A stretch of DNA of 64,000 nt from Chlorokybus atmophyticus (lineage: Eukaryota; Plantae; Mesostigma and Chlorokybus algae), in NCBI GenBank assembly GCA_009103225.1, contig RHPI01002503.1:188864-252863 (forward strand), written 5' to 3'. Positions 20,247-31,926 of this stretch are shown here, piece by piece; the stretch's first letter is position 1, and each line of letters opens with the position of its first letter. Both the position numbers and the translations under genes were made by a program. The notes beneath the pieces were generated by a model, which had not been told where the DNA came from, searched no databases, and was given only the letters and a program-made list of their open reading frames with translations.

Positions 20247-21161
20247 ACTGATTGACTAACTATTGATGGTCTGCTCTATGGGCCAACGGAGCAGCTTCAT
20301 GGTTTGATTTCTAGCCGCAGAAGCTGCATACTGTGGTGTACAGCCGCGGGCATGCTACGGAGTCATAAAGAGCGTCAGGTTGGACGATGCAGTTGTTGCG
20401 GCATGGCGCTTGTATGGTATTGTGATAAACAACCTGCTAATTGCAGAGATGTGGTTGGGTTTGAGATGGCAATGCATCATGCAACAACACCCTGTCAGCA
20501 CCGCAGTGGGTGCTGTGGGTTGTGACATTGTTTCGTCAGTTGGCTGGGAGAATGCTTGGCAGTTCGGTGCACCTCTGCTGGAAAGCAGTGAATTGCACCG
20601 GTTGTGACATCCAGTGTTTAATACGCTGCACTACTCACTTTGGACAGCAAAACGCACTAACATTAGCATGTAAACGCTGCATACACCAGTTTGGACGCAA
20701 GGAGTCTAGCGCTGCAGCAGCATTTTCATTGATAGATGTCATCGGTTTGCTGTGGTTATGCCAATTTCATGGACATGTATATGCCTGTGTGCGCGTTAGC
20801 GCGCCTGTGCGTGTATATGCAAGCTGCTTGCACGCAAACTTGCATCGCGTTCACGCCAGCCGCGCTGGGTACCAATACAACACAGGTAATGTAGTAACAA
20901 CAGATCCGTAACCACAGAACTGAAACGGAAGCCAATTGTACTTCTCGTTCTGACAATACCCGTTACAACCGCCACTGCACAATTGCAGTAGTGCGTATGT
21001 TCCCCTCTCACTACTACTGTCCAACATTCCACAATAGCGTGACGACACGGCTTTCCACCCCGCTTCAAGCCTGCCCCGCTTGCATGTATGGCACTTCATT
21101 TCAATCCATCAAACAAGACACCTCAAACAACAAAACTCGTCGGTTGCGCTACATCACCGGT

Positions 21162-23129
21162 CTACCGCACGACGTGCCTCATGTGCTGCGCAGGATACCG
21201 TTCCCCGGCGACGGGCAGCTCGTTGATGATGCTGCGCACAGCGTCAACTTCACCCTTATCCAACTTCACATCCAAGGCCCCCAGGTTCTCCTTCAAATAC
21301 TTCACGCGCTTGGTACCTGCCGCAGCAAGACCTAACGATTAGAACCAGCATTGACATCGGTGTGACAATCGCCAAGCAGTGTTTTCTGTACCACACACAT
21401 ACACATGCGTGCGCACAGCAACAAACCTGGAATGGGTATAATGTCCTCCCCCTGAGCCAACACCCATGCCAGTGCCAGCTGGCCAGCAGTGCAACCTTTC
21501 TTGCTTGCTATTTCCTGTCAGAGAGCAACCCAACTGAGCTTACAACAACATGCACCAAGTATTGTGCTCTCAAAGTCTGAGGCTTCGTCCCCAGTGTACC
21601 TCAATCTTCTTGACTATCTCGAGGTTCTTGGTGAAGTTCTCCCCGGTGAAGCGCGGGTGCCCGCGGCGGCCATCATCTGCATCAAAATCCTCTGGCGACT
21701 TGAACCTGCCACCAGCATCACACATTCACTCGACACGGCAACGAAGAAGTCTCAGCTGCTTGTGATTGTGCGGGCGCGCGCGTGCGGGCGCGCGCTGTGG
21801 TTTGCATGTGGGGGGCATGTGTACTCGTGTTTTGGAGAACATTGCTTACCGGCCGGTGAGGAAGCCCCTGCCAAGGGGTGAGTAGGCTACCACGCTCACG
21901 CCAAGCTCGCGGCACGTGTCCAACACGCCGTTTGTCTCAATGTCCAGAGTCCAAGGAGAGCTGCATTGACGACAACATAAGTTCCCACCTCACCCACCCC
22001 GCGCACGCACATATTACTTAGCCAAGCCTACTATTCCATCTGCACTGCCGAAATAGGATGCACGGCATGCGCTCTTCTCAGCTGGTCTGCCGTGCACTCC
22101 GACAGCCCAAGAAACCTGCCACACAACATTGTTGCATTGGCACATACACACACAAACAAACCAACAGTGGGTGTGTGGAGTTCCCTGTCACACCTGACTT
22201 TGCCCTCCTTCACCAGCTCTGCCATGGCCTTGACCGTCTCCTCGATGGGGGTTTCCTGGTCAACGCGGTGCTGATAGTACAGGTCGATCTGATCAACACC
22301 AAGACGCTTGAGACTCTTCGCACACGCCTCCTTCACATACCTGCATCCAGTGATTATCATAAAATCCAAGCATCAGTTCAGCATGACCTCAGCCGTGCAC
22401 TACCGTGCTGCACGTGCCTGTGAGAGATTGCTTGCCAAGTGCTATACTCTGTGTAGTGACAGACATGGTTGTGAACGCATGATACTCATGCTGTTTATGT
22501 CTTACGCTGGGCTCCCGTTGCAATGGAACTGGCCGTCCACAACGGTGGCGCCGAACTTGGTGCACAGAAACACTTCACTCCGCCTGGTCGCCAGCACCTG
22601 CATGCAGATGACTCTGATTACTGGAGTTGTCATCTATGATACTGATTGCAGATGATGGTTGCAAAGAATATCCTCTCTGTTATGCGATATGTGGTCACGA
22701 ACGACTGTAACAACGACGACCATGAAAATAGAATGGCAGCCGCTTGTACGCTGTTTGCATCTTCTTAAGTCTGGACATGCATGCAGGCAGGCAGTACAGT
22801 AAGCTATATGCACCAATACACCAAGTACCAAACACACACTGCGGCGCCTAGCCACAGAGCCAAGGGAATGCGTGAGCGAATGACTGAGTAGTAGGTGAGT
22901 GACTCAGTCCTAGTGACGTCCTTGCCTTTGCCAGCAGTTCCTCGTTCTTCCCCATCCCATACAGCTCCGCCGTATCCCAGAAAGTACACCCTGCGTCCAG
23001 TGCGGCGTTGAGCGTGGCCAGCGACTCCCCCTCGTCCGCCGCGCCGTAAGCGAACGACATCCCCATGCAACCCAATCCCAGAGCCGACACGCGCACGCCG
23101 CTGCCGCGACCGAGCTCACGGGTCGCCAT
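21162..23129 (-). CDS. Aldo-keto reductase (plant/bacterial AKR13, auxin-induced/perakine-reductase-like)
   Basis: 8 exons: [110 protein letters not shown]. Confidence 0.95.
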
Positions 23130-23778
23130 GGTTGTGGACGGCATGGCTGAGACGGAGGAGCAGGAGGAGGAGGTGATGGATCAGGTTGTTGAGGAGGTTG
23201 CTTGCATGGGTTGTATGCAGCAGGCGATGTGGTGTTTTGTACTGGTGCACTGCGTACCGCCAGTGCGGAGTGCACCGACGTACGGTGCGCAGTGTACAAA
23301 AGGTACAGTGTACTGTCCGTATCAGTTGACACTACCACGTGGCTACCAAAGTGTGCGCATTGGATCAGATTTCAAGAATTTGCAAAGTCGCTCATGACAA
23401 TATGCCCATCGTACGTATTGTTTATTTGCATGCAACTACGTGGATAGGTTATTTGCATACAATTATTATTACCGGTATAGGATAGCACATGCAAGTGTGG
23501 AACTGATTATCAACTTATGCATGTCAATCACGCGCATGCACTTAGCTAGCCAGCGCCAAGGGTTTGTGTCCCAGTGTGAACTGTTTGTTGTGGGTGATGA
23601 CATGACATGCGCTGGCTGGTGTGCTTGCTTGTGACTGCTGATGCTAGGGGACCTTATACTATATGCTTGAAGCAACCGCATTTGATACCAACCTTATCAT
23701 GGGCAGTGTCACGCAGTCTGTGGTTATAGTAATAATATGATATGATATGATATAAACTTATAAAGTATTCCTTTTGCA

Positions 23779-24690
23779 ATGCAAGAAGACGTGTTTCATT
23801 ATCTTTGCAATGCTGTCAAACCTATACATGATTACAAAAACTTTTGTACATGTATTACATGAAGTGTCAATAGACCGATGTAAAATGAAGACTATTGCTA
23901 CCGCGTTTTCGTTGAAGACTTTAATAACAAGTAATCAGTAAGTTATAATCTTTCATACAATGAATATACTAGTTGTGTTTTGCACATAATCATTCAAACA
24001 TTACCTCACTGATCAACACCTAATGGACACTTGTACACATCTTTTAAAACTGTATGCCGAAAATTGTTGTATGTATCGTCTTCATGCGTCTGCACAAGAC
24101 AGTCACTAGATAATAATGTGCATACTTGTTATGAACTTTACAACGTGTAAGATTGCAACCGTTGTAAAGTGACTTGCAATAGCTGCAATAGATTTTGCCC
24201 AATGTTAATACAATGTTAACGGCAATATCATCAAGTTTGCCAATAAGTCGAGAGCGATTGGTACAAGTATAATTGCAAGCATGTTTAACGTTGTGTTGGT
24301 TTGAAAAAGCTGGGGACGAAGACGGTTTTGTGAACTTACGTGCCAACTTCCTTTTTTGCGTGAGTAAATTCAAACAATGTGCATTATGTTTGTAACAGCT
24401 GTAATTGTATATGTACATATCTAAAATCGCTCGTGTTGTGGATTGCAAGCCTTGGCGTGCATGTGTACGAGTTCAAAGATTGTCATGAATCATAACATTC
24501 CCAAACATATTTAATACACAATAATGATTCTTTAAAGACATTACGTGAGTATATGAACATCATATTCACAATACCAAACGACGTTTACTTGTTTTTGTGT
24601 TTACGTTTGCAAATCCTTGATTTATACTCGAGCTTGTTTACAACACGTCGCATTCAATGTCAATATGTAGACTTTATCATGGCATCATAA
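23779..24690 (+). pseudogene. Decayed ORF with Cys/His zinc-finger-like segment inside an AT-rich island
   Basis: One frame runs 304 codons from ATG 23779 to TAA 24688-24690, with 11 internal stops (all TAA or TGA). It contains CNRC..CNSC..C..C*RQYHQVC..W..C and a second CNSC. The surrounding ~23.4-25.1 kb region is visibly much more AT-rich than the rest of the window. Confidence 0.4.
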
Positions 24691-25321
24691 TAATAATCTA
24701 ATATACATACCGGTGTGCATGCCTTGCACTTGCATTTGCACGCGTGCATGCAACACATATGTAGGTCACAAGCCCCGATAGGCTGGCCGGTATAATTGTT
24801 GGTTTTTACTAATAAGTTTTGCTAATGTTATGTATCGTTTGCCATTGGATTTCTATAGCCTATGCATAGTTTACACAAATGTGGTTAAATGGTACCTCTC
24901 CCCTTACTACGCTTCGTCTGTCGTGGTATTTCCATCCACCTAGGGCAGCAAGGGCAGCAAGCTGAGAAAGACTGCGCCCGTACATTATGGCTGCATCACA
25001 AGTGGAGTGGGGCTCCCAAGCCATATTGTATGTCAACAAGTCTTAGAGTTTGTGGTTTTGCAGTCCTGAACTTCAGCATTGCTACCTTCGATGCCCCATC
25101 ATTACAAATGCCCGTGTAATTGCAAGTATGCAATGAGCTAGCATGACCGCTCACCAATTCTCTTTTCTACCTGTTGTGGAAATTCGTTGTTTCTTCATGA
25201 ACGACGCATATCACACCTACCCACTGAACATGTGATGGACACAACAAGCTAAGCACCATTTAGCTACCCATTGACTGGGTACGCTCAAGGCACCGTGGTC
25301 ATTCACATCCTTACGTGTGGA

Positions 25322-27522
25322 TTAACTAAGGGCGGTATTGTGTTCGGTGTGTTTCAAAGTGAGGCAATGGTCCTCATCCATACTTGCTATCTGCAAAGTG
25401 TTCTGCTTGCTCGTTAAGAGCCCTTTAACACTTTGCGGCGGCTTGGCAATACCAGCGGCAACGAGAGACCTGAAGCCTTCCAATGCGTTGGAGCCATCGA
25501 AACGCACAGAGTAGGAGACTGAGCTGGTTGAGGCATCATTATCGTCGCCATCTTCTTGCCCAAACAGAGGGTCATGCACCTGTGGGAAAGAGGCATGCAA
25601 GGTTGCGTACATGCTGGGCAAAAGCACATGAGAGTTTCCGTTGGGGCGTTTGACATGATGCTTTGAAGCACGTACCTGAAACTCTATGTGATCAAGTGCG
25701 GGAAGCGGGCCCGACCCAAAGAGCTGCTCTGCTAACACTTGAGATGCTGGCTTTGCTGTTTGTTTGTCTGCAGCTGTCACACAACACGTGCACACCGTTT
25801 GAACATAACCGCAAGTAGTAATATGGACTCTCAGCCAAACTCCACAACTCTGCACCTTTCATTGGCCGCTTCCGCTTGTTACGCTCCAATGGCCCGCCTG
25901 TCTCCACCCCTGACTGCTCAGGCAAGGAACTGCTGCTGTCCCCATGGACCAATTGAAACAGCGCATCTGCACATTTGCACACAACCAACATCACCATACC
26001 AACATGCTTGAGACGCGACAAGATGCTACTCAAGCCTGTACCTATTCGTTTGCCGCTCAGGTTCTGCTCTTCAACATGGCTGCAGCCCAGCGCGGCGCCG
26101 ACAGCATGCAGGATATACGGTTTGTGCTCGTGGCGCGGGCTCGACCACAGCACGTATGGTGACCTCGTGTGGTAGACAAGGTAGCACGCCGCCGCCTGCT
26201 GCTGCCGTGCGGTTGCGCCCGGCGTGTCTGCAGCAATGCGAAGCCACAACGCGTCGCCGGACGCCCGCACCAGAGTGTGCTGGATCAAGGAGCATCCAAC
26301 GTTCAACCGCAGCTGTGTCATATGTTTGAAAAGCCAACACTACTTCGCTTGTAGTTGGTCTTGTTACCTGATGATAGTATATGCTGAACTCTTGTGTGAT
26401 TCGCGATGCGAGCGCCGTGCCATCAATCTCAGGCCTGGCCCACTGCCCTGCATGAATGCGTGACCAACTTGTGAATAAGCAGGCACTACTGGCGTCATTG
26501 CATAGCAAGCCAATGGCAAACCCACCTGAACTTTGGGGTATATGCAGGGCGTGCCATCGCTTGGATGTCGGACGTGCACGTATATCTGCATAACAAGCAA
26601 CCATAAGATGTGTGCATGGTACCAATACTGACCCAATCACGACACAAGCCTGAATGCATGTTCTCTGTCTTGCGAACAGTTACAAGTTGCGCATGTAGAC
26701 ATGCATGCAACGTGCTGGGTGGCTTGACTCACATGCCAGATCAACCTCGGCAACCTGCTCTGGCGTAGCGCCTTCATCCTGCAGCGTATGGAATGGAAAT
26801 GCACCACGTTCGTTGTTGGTTACCAACTTGCAAGCACGCAGCAAAACCTACCTCTTACCAGATGGTCGTCGAGCATGCGATCAACAGTGGCGTGCTTGCT
26901 TTCGCTGCTCGTCACCTGCCCGCCCCATTGCCGCAGCAGCTGCATATGCAGACGTGCAACACATCAGTCAACGCTCACAAACACATACGCAATGCTTGAT
27001 TGTTAAAATGCTTTTGATTGAGAAGACGTGTGCATTGTCCAAACAATACTGTTAGCTGCGTTGGCCACCAGCAGCTGAAATTTATTGGACAGGCCTTTGC
27101 CGCATACTGCAAACAAAGGTGAGACGCCGTGCATGTCGTGCTGTTTGCAATGCCGTTTTGTCAGTCAATTCAGGGTATGATTAGTTCTGCTTGTGAGTAG
27201 CGTGGACCTGCGCATTAGCAATAAAGTTGTCAAGCAGCCATCGTTGAGACAAACTTGCTTTCCCCTCGGGGATTGGGCCGTTCGGTCACTCGGTGCTTTG
27301 GTCGCATTGCAACAGTTACTGTCAAGACAACAACACCATCCAAGTCCAGCAGAGAGCACAGCAGCAGAGCCTTGCAGACAATCACGGCTGATTCACACTG
27401 CAAGGACACAAAAAAACTGAAACGCCGTCAACAACAACCCCAGCGCCAACCTCATCTAGCTCGTGCTTGCGGAGGCGCTTCAGCATGCCGCGCAGCGTCG
27501 CCCGGTCCGTGACGCCGGCCAT
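25322..27522 (-). CDS. CENPN: Centromere protein N (CENP-N / Chl4 / Mis15)
   Basis: Spliced MAGVTDRATLRGMLKRLRKHELDE/LLRQW../DEGATPEQVAEVDLA/YIRARPTSKRWHAL../ALWLRIAAD..CYLVYHTRSPYVLWSS..ILHAVGAALG../VRFDGSNALEGFRSLVAAGIA. This is collinear with remembered vertebrate CENP-N blocks (ILKAW, LLDIIY..KVW, AVWIRIAWG..YVVYYSQTPY, FSSPHLLEALKSLAPAGIA). Confidence 0.85.
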
Positions 27523-28277
27523 GCCTGCTTAAGCTCAAGCAGCTGTAGCGAACTTTGAGGCCTGTGGTCTAAGCCTGTAGCCTAACGGCTCACGCCTAGC
27601 TTATGCGCAACTGTCTCCTAGTGGCCGGTTGGGGCAGGCGCCGGTTGGTGATTAGGCCTCCCACCTCCACCTCCACCGTCGCCCCCGCCTCCGCCCTCCA
27701 ACGACGAGGTCATTGAGGACAGAGACAAGCATGAGGCGGTGTATGAGGCGACTTGGCGCCACACGCAGCTTCGTCTGAACGCGTGTGCGTGCGCCAAGCA
27801 GTCATAGCAAGCACTTGTACAGGCTTAATCATAGGCCAGATGCATCACAGTATTCAAGTGCTAAACTAGCAAGGCACAAGCAAGCCAAGTATAAGCCAGC
27901 AACAACAACAAGCAGCCAGGACTTTATTGTAGCAGGGGCGGTGCTTAACCTATTGCTATGTGCAGTAGCTGTGCAAGTGCAAGTGCAAGTGCAAGTAGTG
28001 GGGGAGGAGGTGGAGGGGTGTGAAGAAGTTGGCAATAGGGTAGCAACCAACGTGTACATGTTGTATGCCTGCGCTACCACCACCATGCGTGTGCATTCAT
28101 TGCGCTTTTCACCAACACCGTACACACTAAGTAAGTACGAGCAAGCATGAGAGAGAGGCTCAGAGCCAGTGCAACCTTCAACCGCAACCAAGAGAAATAA
28201 ACAAAGAATCAAACACACGCAACTTCCCACTGCACAACCCAACATTCCCTCCCGGAATCAACATCCCCCAGCCGCTA

Positions 28278-28365
28278 CTAGTCATCGCCCCCGCCGCAAT
28301 CATGCCCACCGCTGTCAGGCCCGCCGCCATGATCCCATCCCCCCGAGCTGTGATGATGATGATCG

Positions 28366-28399
<34 letters not shown>

Positions 28400-29704
28400 C
28401 TCCACTACCCCACCCACTGCTCCATCCACTACCCCATCCGCTACTTCCTCCACTACTCGTTCCACTACTCGGCCCATGATCCCGGCTCTGACTGTCATGC
28501 TGATTCTCATGATGGTTGTGTGAACGGCTGGTTCCCACATCATCGTCGTCCCATGCGCTCAGCAACGCCCACCCGTCGTCGTTGTCGTCCTTGCGGTTGT
28601 TGCGTGTCGTTGTTGGGGAAGGAGGGCCGGGGAGGTAGCGGCGCTTGTTGGAGGAGGAGGAGGAGGAGCGGGGCTGAAGGGCGCGAGAGAGCCAGATGGC
28701 GAAGGTGGCAAGAAGAGCGAACCTGGTGGGTGCGGGTGTGGGTGCGGGTGTGGGTACAAGTAAGAGCGTGTGCTTGCATATGCGAGTGTGCATGCGTGCG
28801 TGCATGGTCGCATGTGCAAGCGTGCATGGGTGTACATCCTCGTATGTGTATGTGCATGTGCACTTGTGCATGCGTGCACGCATGCGTAGGTACTTGCTTC
28901 GCTACAGCAGCAGTTCAGTTATTTCTTACATGAACACTTCGCCAAGGTCAGTCACAACGCCGCCAGTGACCCAGACGACGAGCCACACCGCGAGCACGGC
29001 GCCGACGTACTTGAGGCGCATGGCGGACGTGCCTGGCGCCGCCAGCAGTTGTCTGCACGCGCACACAACCACAACATATGCCACATGCTCGAGTCAGCCG
29101 TTGACACAATAACAGCTGCAAGACAATAGATAAACTACCCGACCACCCAACATGCCAGAAACGCAGTGTGCATGCAGCGCAAGGCACAGCTTGCAGTAGG
29201 AAGTTCACACATGCAACCAATGCTGGATGGTGGGTGACACACAACACGCGCTATGCTTAGAGGCGGACATTGCATACACACAGTCCATGTTGCAAGAGTG
29301 CAACATTACTGCGTGTAGACGCAATTGCCACGGTAAAAACAAACAAACAGACACAACCACTCCTTCCATGCCACAGCCATCCCCTTCTCTCACTTGGACG
29401 TCTTGACAGTGGCTCCCCACACTTCCTGCGCCGCCGCCGCTGCTCCCGCAGCCGGTCCCCCCACCCGCGCCCCTCGTGGTTTCCTGGCGCGCTCGGTGCC
29501 GTCAGCCATGGCGACCACGCCGCCGTTGACATGGCTGCGGCGGGAGGGGAGCAGCCTTGACGGTCCTAGCCGCAATGGACTGAGACATAGACCCTTCCCG
29601 GGACTTCTGAGGGAAGTTGGCCGCTCCACTCCCCGGACACTGAACCTGGCACGGCATGCTGACGACACTAACGTCGTTGGGGACACCGCCGCCATCGCCG
29701 CCAT
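28278..29704 (-). CDS. Orphan protein: plastid-type transit peptide, two hydrophobic segments, Gly/Ser/Trp/His-rich tail
   Basis: 3 phase-compatible exons: MAAMAAVSPTTLVSSACRARFSVR..TVKTSK / QLL..YVGAVLAVWLVVWVTGGVV..FM / RFALLATFAIWLSRAL..SGWGSGWSSGWGSGG(S)n HHHH..DCGGGDD*. Confidence 0.65.
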
Positions 29705-30319
29705 CGCCGCCGCCGCCGCCGCCGCCGAGGGCGTAGTTCACTAGTTGCCGGTCTCACTCACTCAACTGGATAAAGTGAATCAAACTCAGTGAATCAAACT
29801 CGTTCGCGCGAGTCTCGACAAGTGATTCAGCAGTAGGGGATGCCCGCCCGCGCAATCAACACATAAGCTGCAGTGCGCGTCCCCCCCCCCCCGGCTTTCT
29901 GACACGTGACGCCTGCAGCAAGCGCCGCCTCGCTGCTGGCTGTTTGCCTTGGTTTTATTATGAACTAGACCTATGCAAGTGTGAAACCAACAACTCAAGG
30001 CTAGGCAGTGTGAGAAGCTTTACACTCAGACTGCACTCAGAATGCATACAATGCCGTCAACAATGGTTGCCCGAATCTGTTTGCTCTGGCGGGTTGGTGG
30101 GAAAGGGGTTACGTCCAGATTGGCTAGGGCGAGATCGACCACCAGTTGCCCTGTGCTCTACCTGACCTGTTCTGATTGATGATCGATCCAATCTGCTTGG
30201 CCAAAGCCAATTCAGCAAACGGACTACGTGCATTACTTTTGAAGATGTTGTGTACAGTAGTAGTAGTAGTAGTATAAGGCGTCCGCCTGGCAATTAGTGT
30301 TGATTATCCTTCGTCTGCA

Positions 30320-31762
30320 ATGAAGGTCAGCAGTATGAGCAAGCCATCAAAAGCATACAATCAGCAACAACCACAGCGACGCTATTTCTGCATCATCATG
30401 TTGTTTGTGACACCGCACTATCTCGTTGCTGTTGGGGTTGACACGTTGCCCAATCTCTGTGATGACGTATTGAGTGCTATGCAGGTGACGTCTCCTTTTC
30501 TTATTCGACTACACCTGGACAAGACGCACCAGCTCCTCAACGGCAGGAGCTTCCAGGTATACCCTCCAGCCTGTACTTCATAACCATGACGAATAGTATA
30601 CTAATAGTCAGTACTTACTTCATACTATACTACTAAGTTTACTGCACAGATGTTGAGGATGTACTTCAAGGCCCTGGATGTGCGCGACCACGACCGCATG
30701 GACGACATTGCCTTCCTGGCCTTCATGCGCGCAAGCACAGACCTGAGGTGGGTGGTGGATGGATGGCGCATATGATGAATGCACACACCAGCACTCCACT
30801 TAAATGTGCGTGTGCATGTGCGTGTGCGCATGCGGGATTATTTCAACAGCAGCCTTCACTGATTATCACGCACTGCGCAGCACTGCGCGGATATATAGTG
30901 TGTTTGAGATGTTCGATGTGGATGCCAGCGGGTACCTTGATTTCGACGAGTTCTACCTCCTGTGCTGCATGCTCATCTCCATCAAGGTGATACAACACTT
31001 GTCATTAACAACCACTATGGTATGGTAATCCAACTCACAAACAAGGGGTAGAAAAACACAACGGTATCCAATTATTCTCCATAAACATACCATCGCAGAA
31101 CCATGAGGAGAAGGCGTTCTCAAGCATACACTCGCGGACTTGCTTCGAGCTGCTAGACGCTGACGGGAGTGGTAGCATCACACTACAGGTGAGTGGGGGA
31201 CGTTTATACAACAAGTACTCTCCAACAGATGATGAATATCACCTTTTCACCGGCATGCTCGCAGGAGTTCCAGCGGTTTGGCTTCATGTTCAACATCTCA
31301 CAAAATGCATCGCAGAAGATCTTCCGGCACTTTGATGTCGACGACAGTCAGGTATGATTATTACCAGAAGGGAATTAATTATCTGGCAACCCTCCAATGG
31401 GCACCCATCTACTACTTGTTCACAAACACCGAGTCATGCATGTTGTGCAGGAGTTGGACTATGAGGAGTTCAGGATGTTCACTCTGGCTTGCCTGGAGAT
31501 GCAGCAGGAGATGGAGCAGCTGCAGGCCCTGCAGAAAAATATGAGTGCGTGCCATTGCATTCACTTGCTTGTGTCTCCTGTCGTGAGTTGGGTGTCGGTT
31601 TTGTTTTGTGATGATTTTGCTGTGTTCTGCTGTTTCTGTAGCTTTTCCAACTGCAACGGCTGATTAGTGTTTTACCTAACTTTACGCGCAGGCCCTCTGA
31701 GAAAGCTGAGTTTTCAGGCTCAGAGGTGGGTCAAAGACAGGGACTTGTGCCAAATCCAGTAG
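30320..31762 (+). CDS. EFCAB9: EF-hand calcium-binding protein, EFCAB9-like (CatSper channel Ca2+/pH sensor in animals)
   Basis: 8 exons (30320-30325, 30485-30556, 30650-30747, from 30881, then four more). Product: MKVTSPFLIRLHLDKTHQLLNGRSFQMLRMYFKALDV..DDIAFLAFMRASTDLSTARIYSVFEMFDVDASGYLDFDEFYLLCCML..NHEEKAFSSIHSRTCFELLDADGSG..FGFMFNI..IFRHFDVDDSQELDYEEFRMFT. It aligns end to end with remembered human EFCAB9 (FLWYLYLDK, FHILDV, TDL, VFDMLD..IDFEKFYMLVCMLL, NHLE..HSRPVFDLLD, FLFNI, LNYQEFKLY). Confidence 0.85.
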
Positions 31763-31926
31763 CAACCAGTAGCAACACGAGATTCCACTCAAGTCACTGC
31801 TGTACATACGCACTGCCCAAAGCCATACGCTGCAGACGACACCCGACTCTGCAACATGTCATGCAAGCCGCAGCAAGTCCGTTACACGAGTAACTGTTTG
31901 TGTGTGTGCATATGCGCGTTCGCCCC

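Noticed and set aside
24044-24448. 134-aa minus-strand ORF in the AT-rich island
   Set aside because: No recognisable motif; the plus-strand interrupted frame looks more protein-like.
27060-27440. snoRNA or extra exon in the long first intron of CENP-N
   Set aside because: CTGA motifs occur, but without a convincing C box or terminal stem. Direct splicing of exon 1 to LLRQW fits the alignment.
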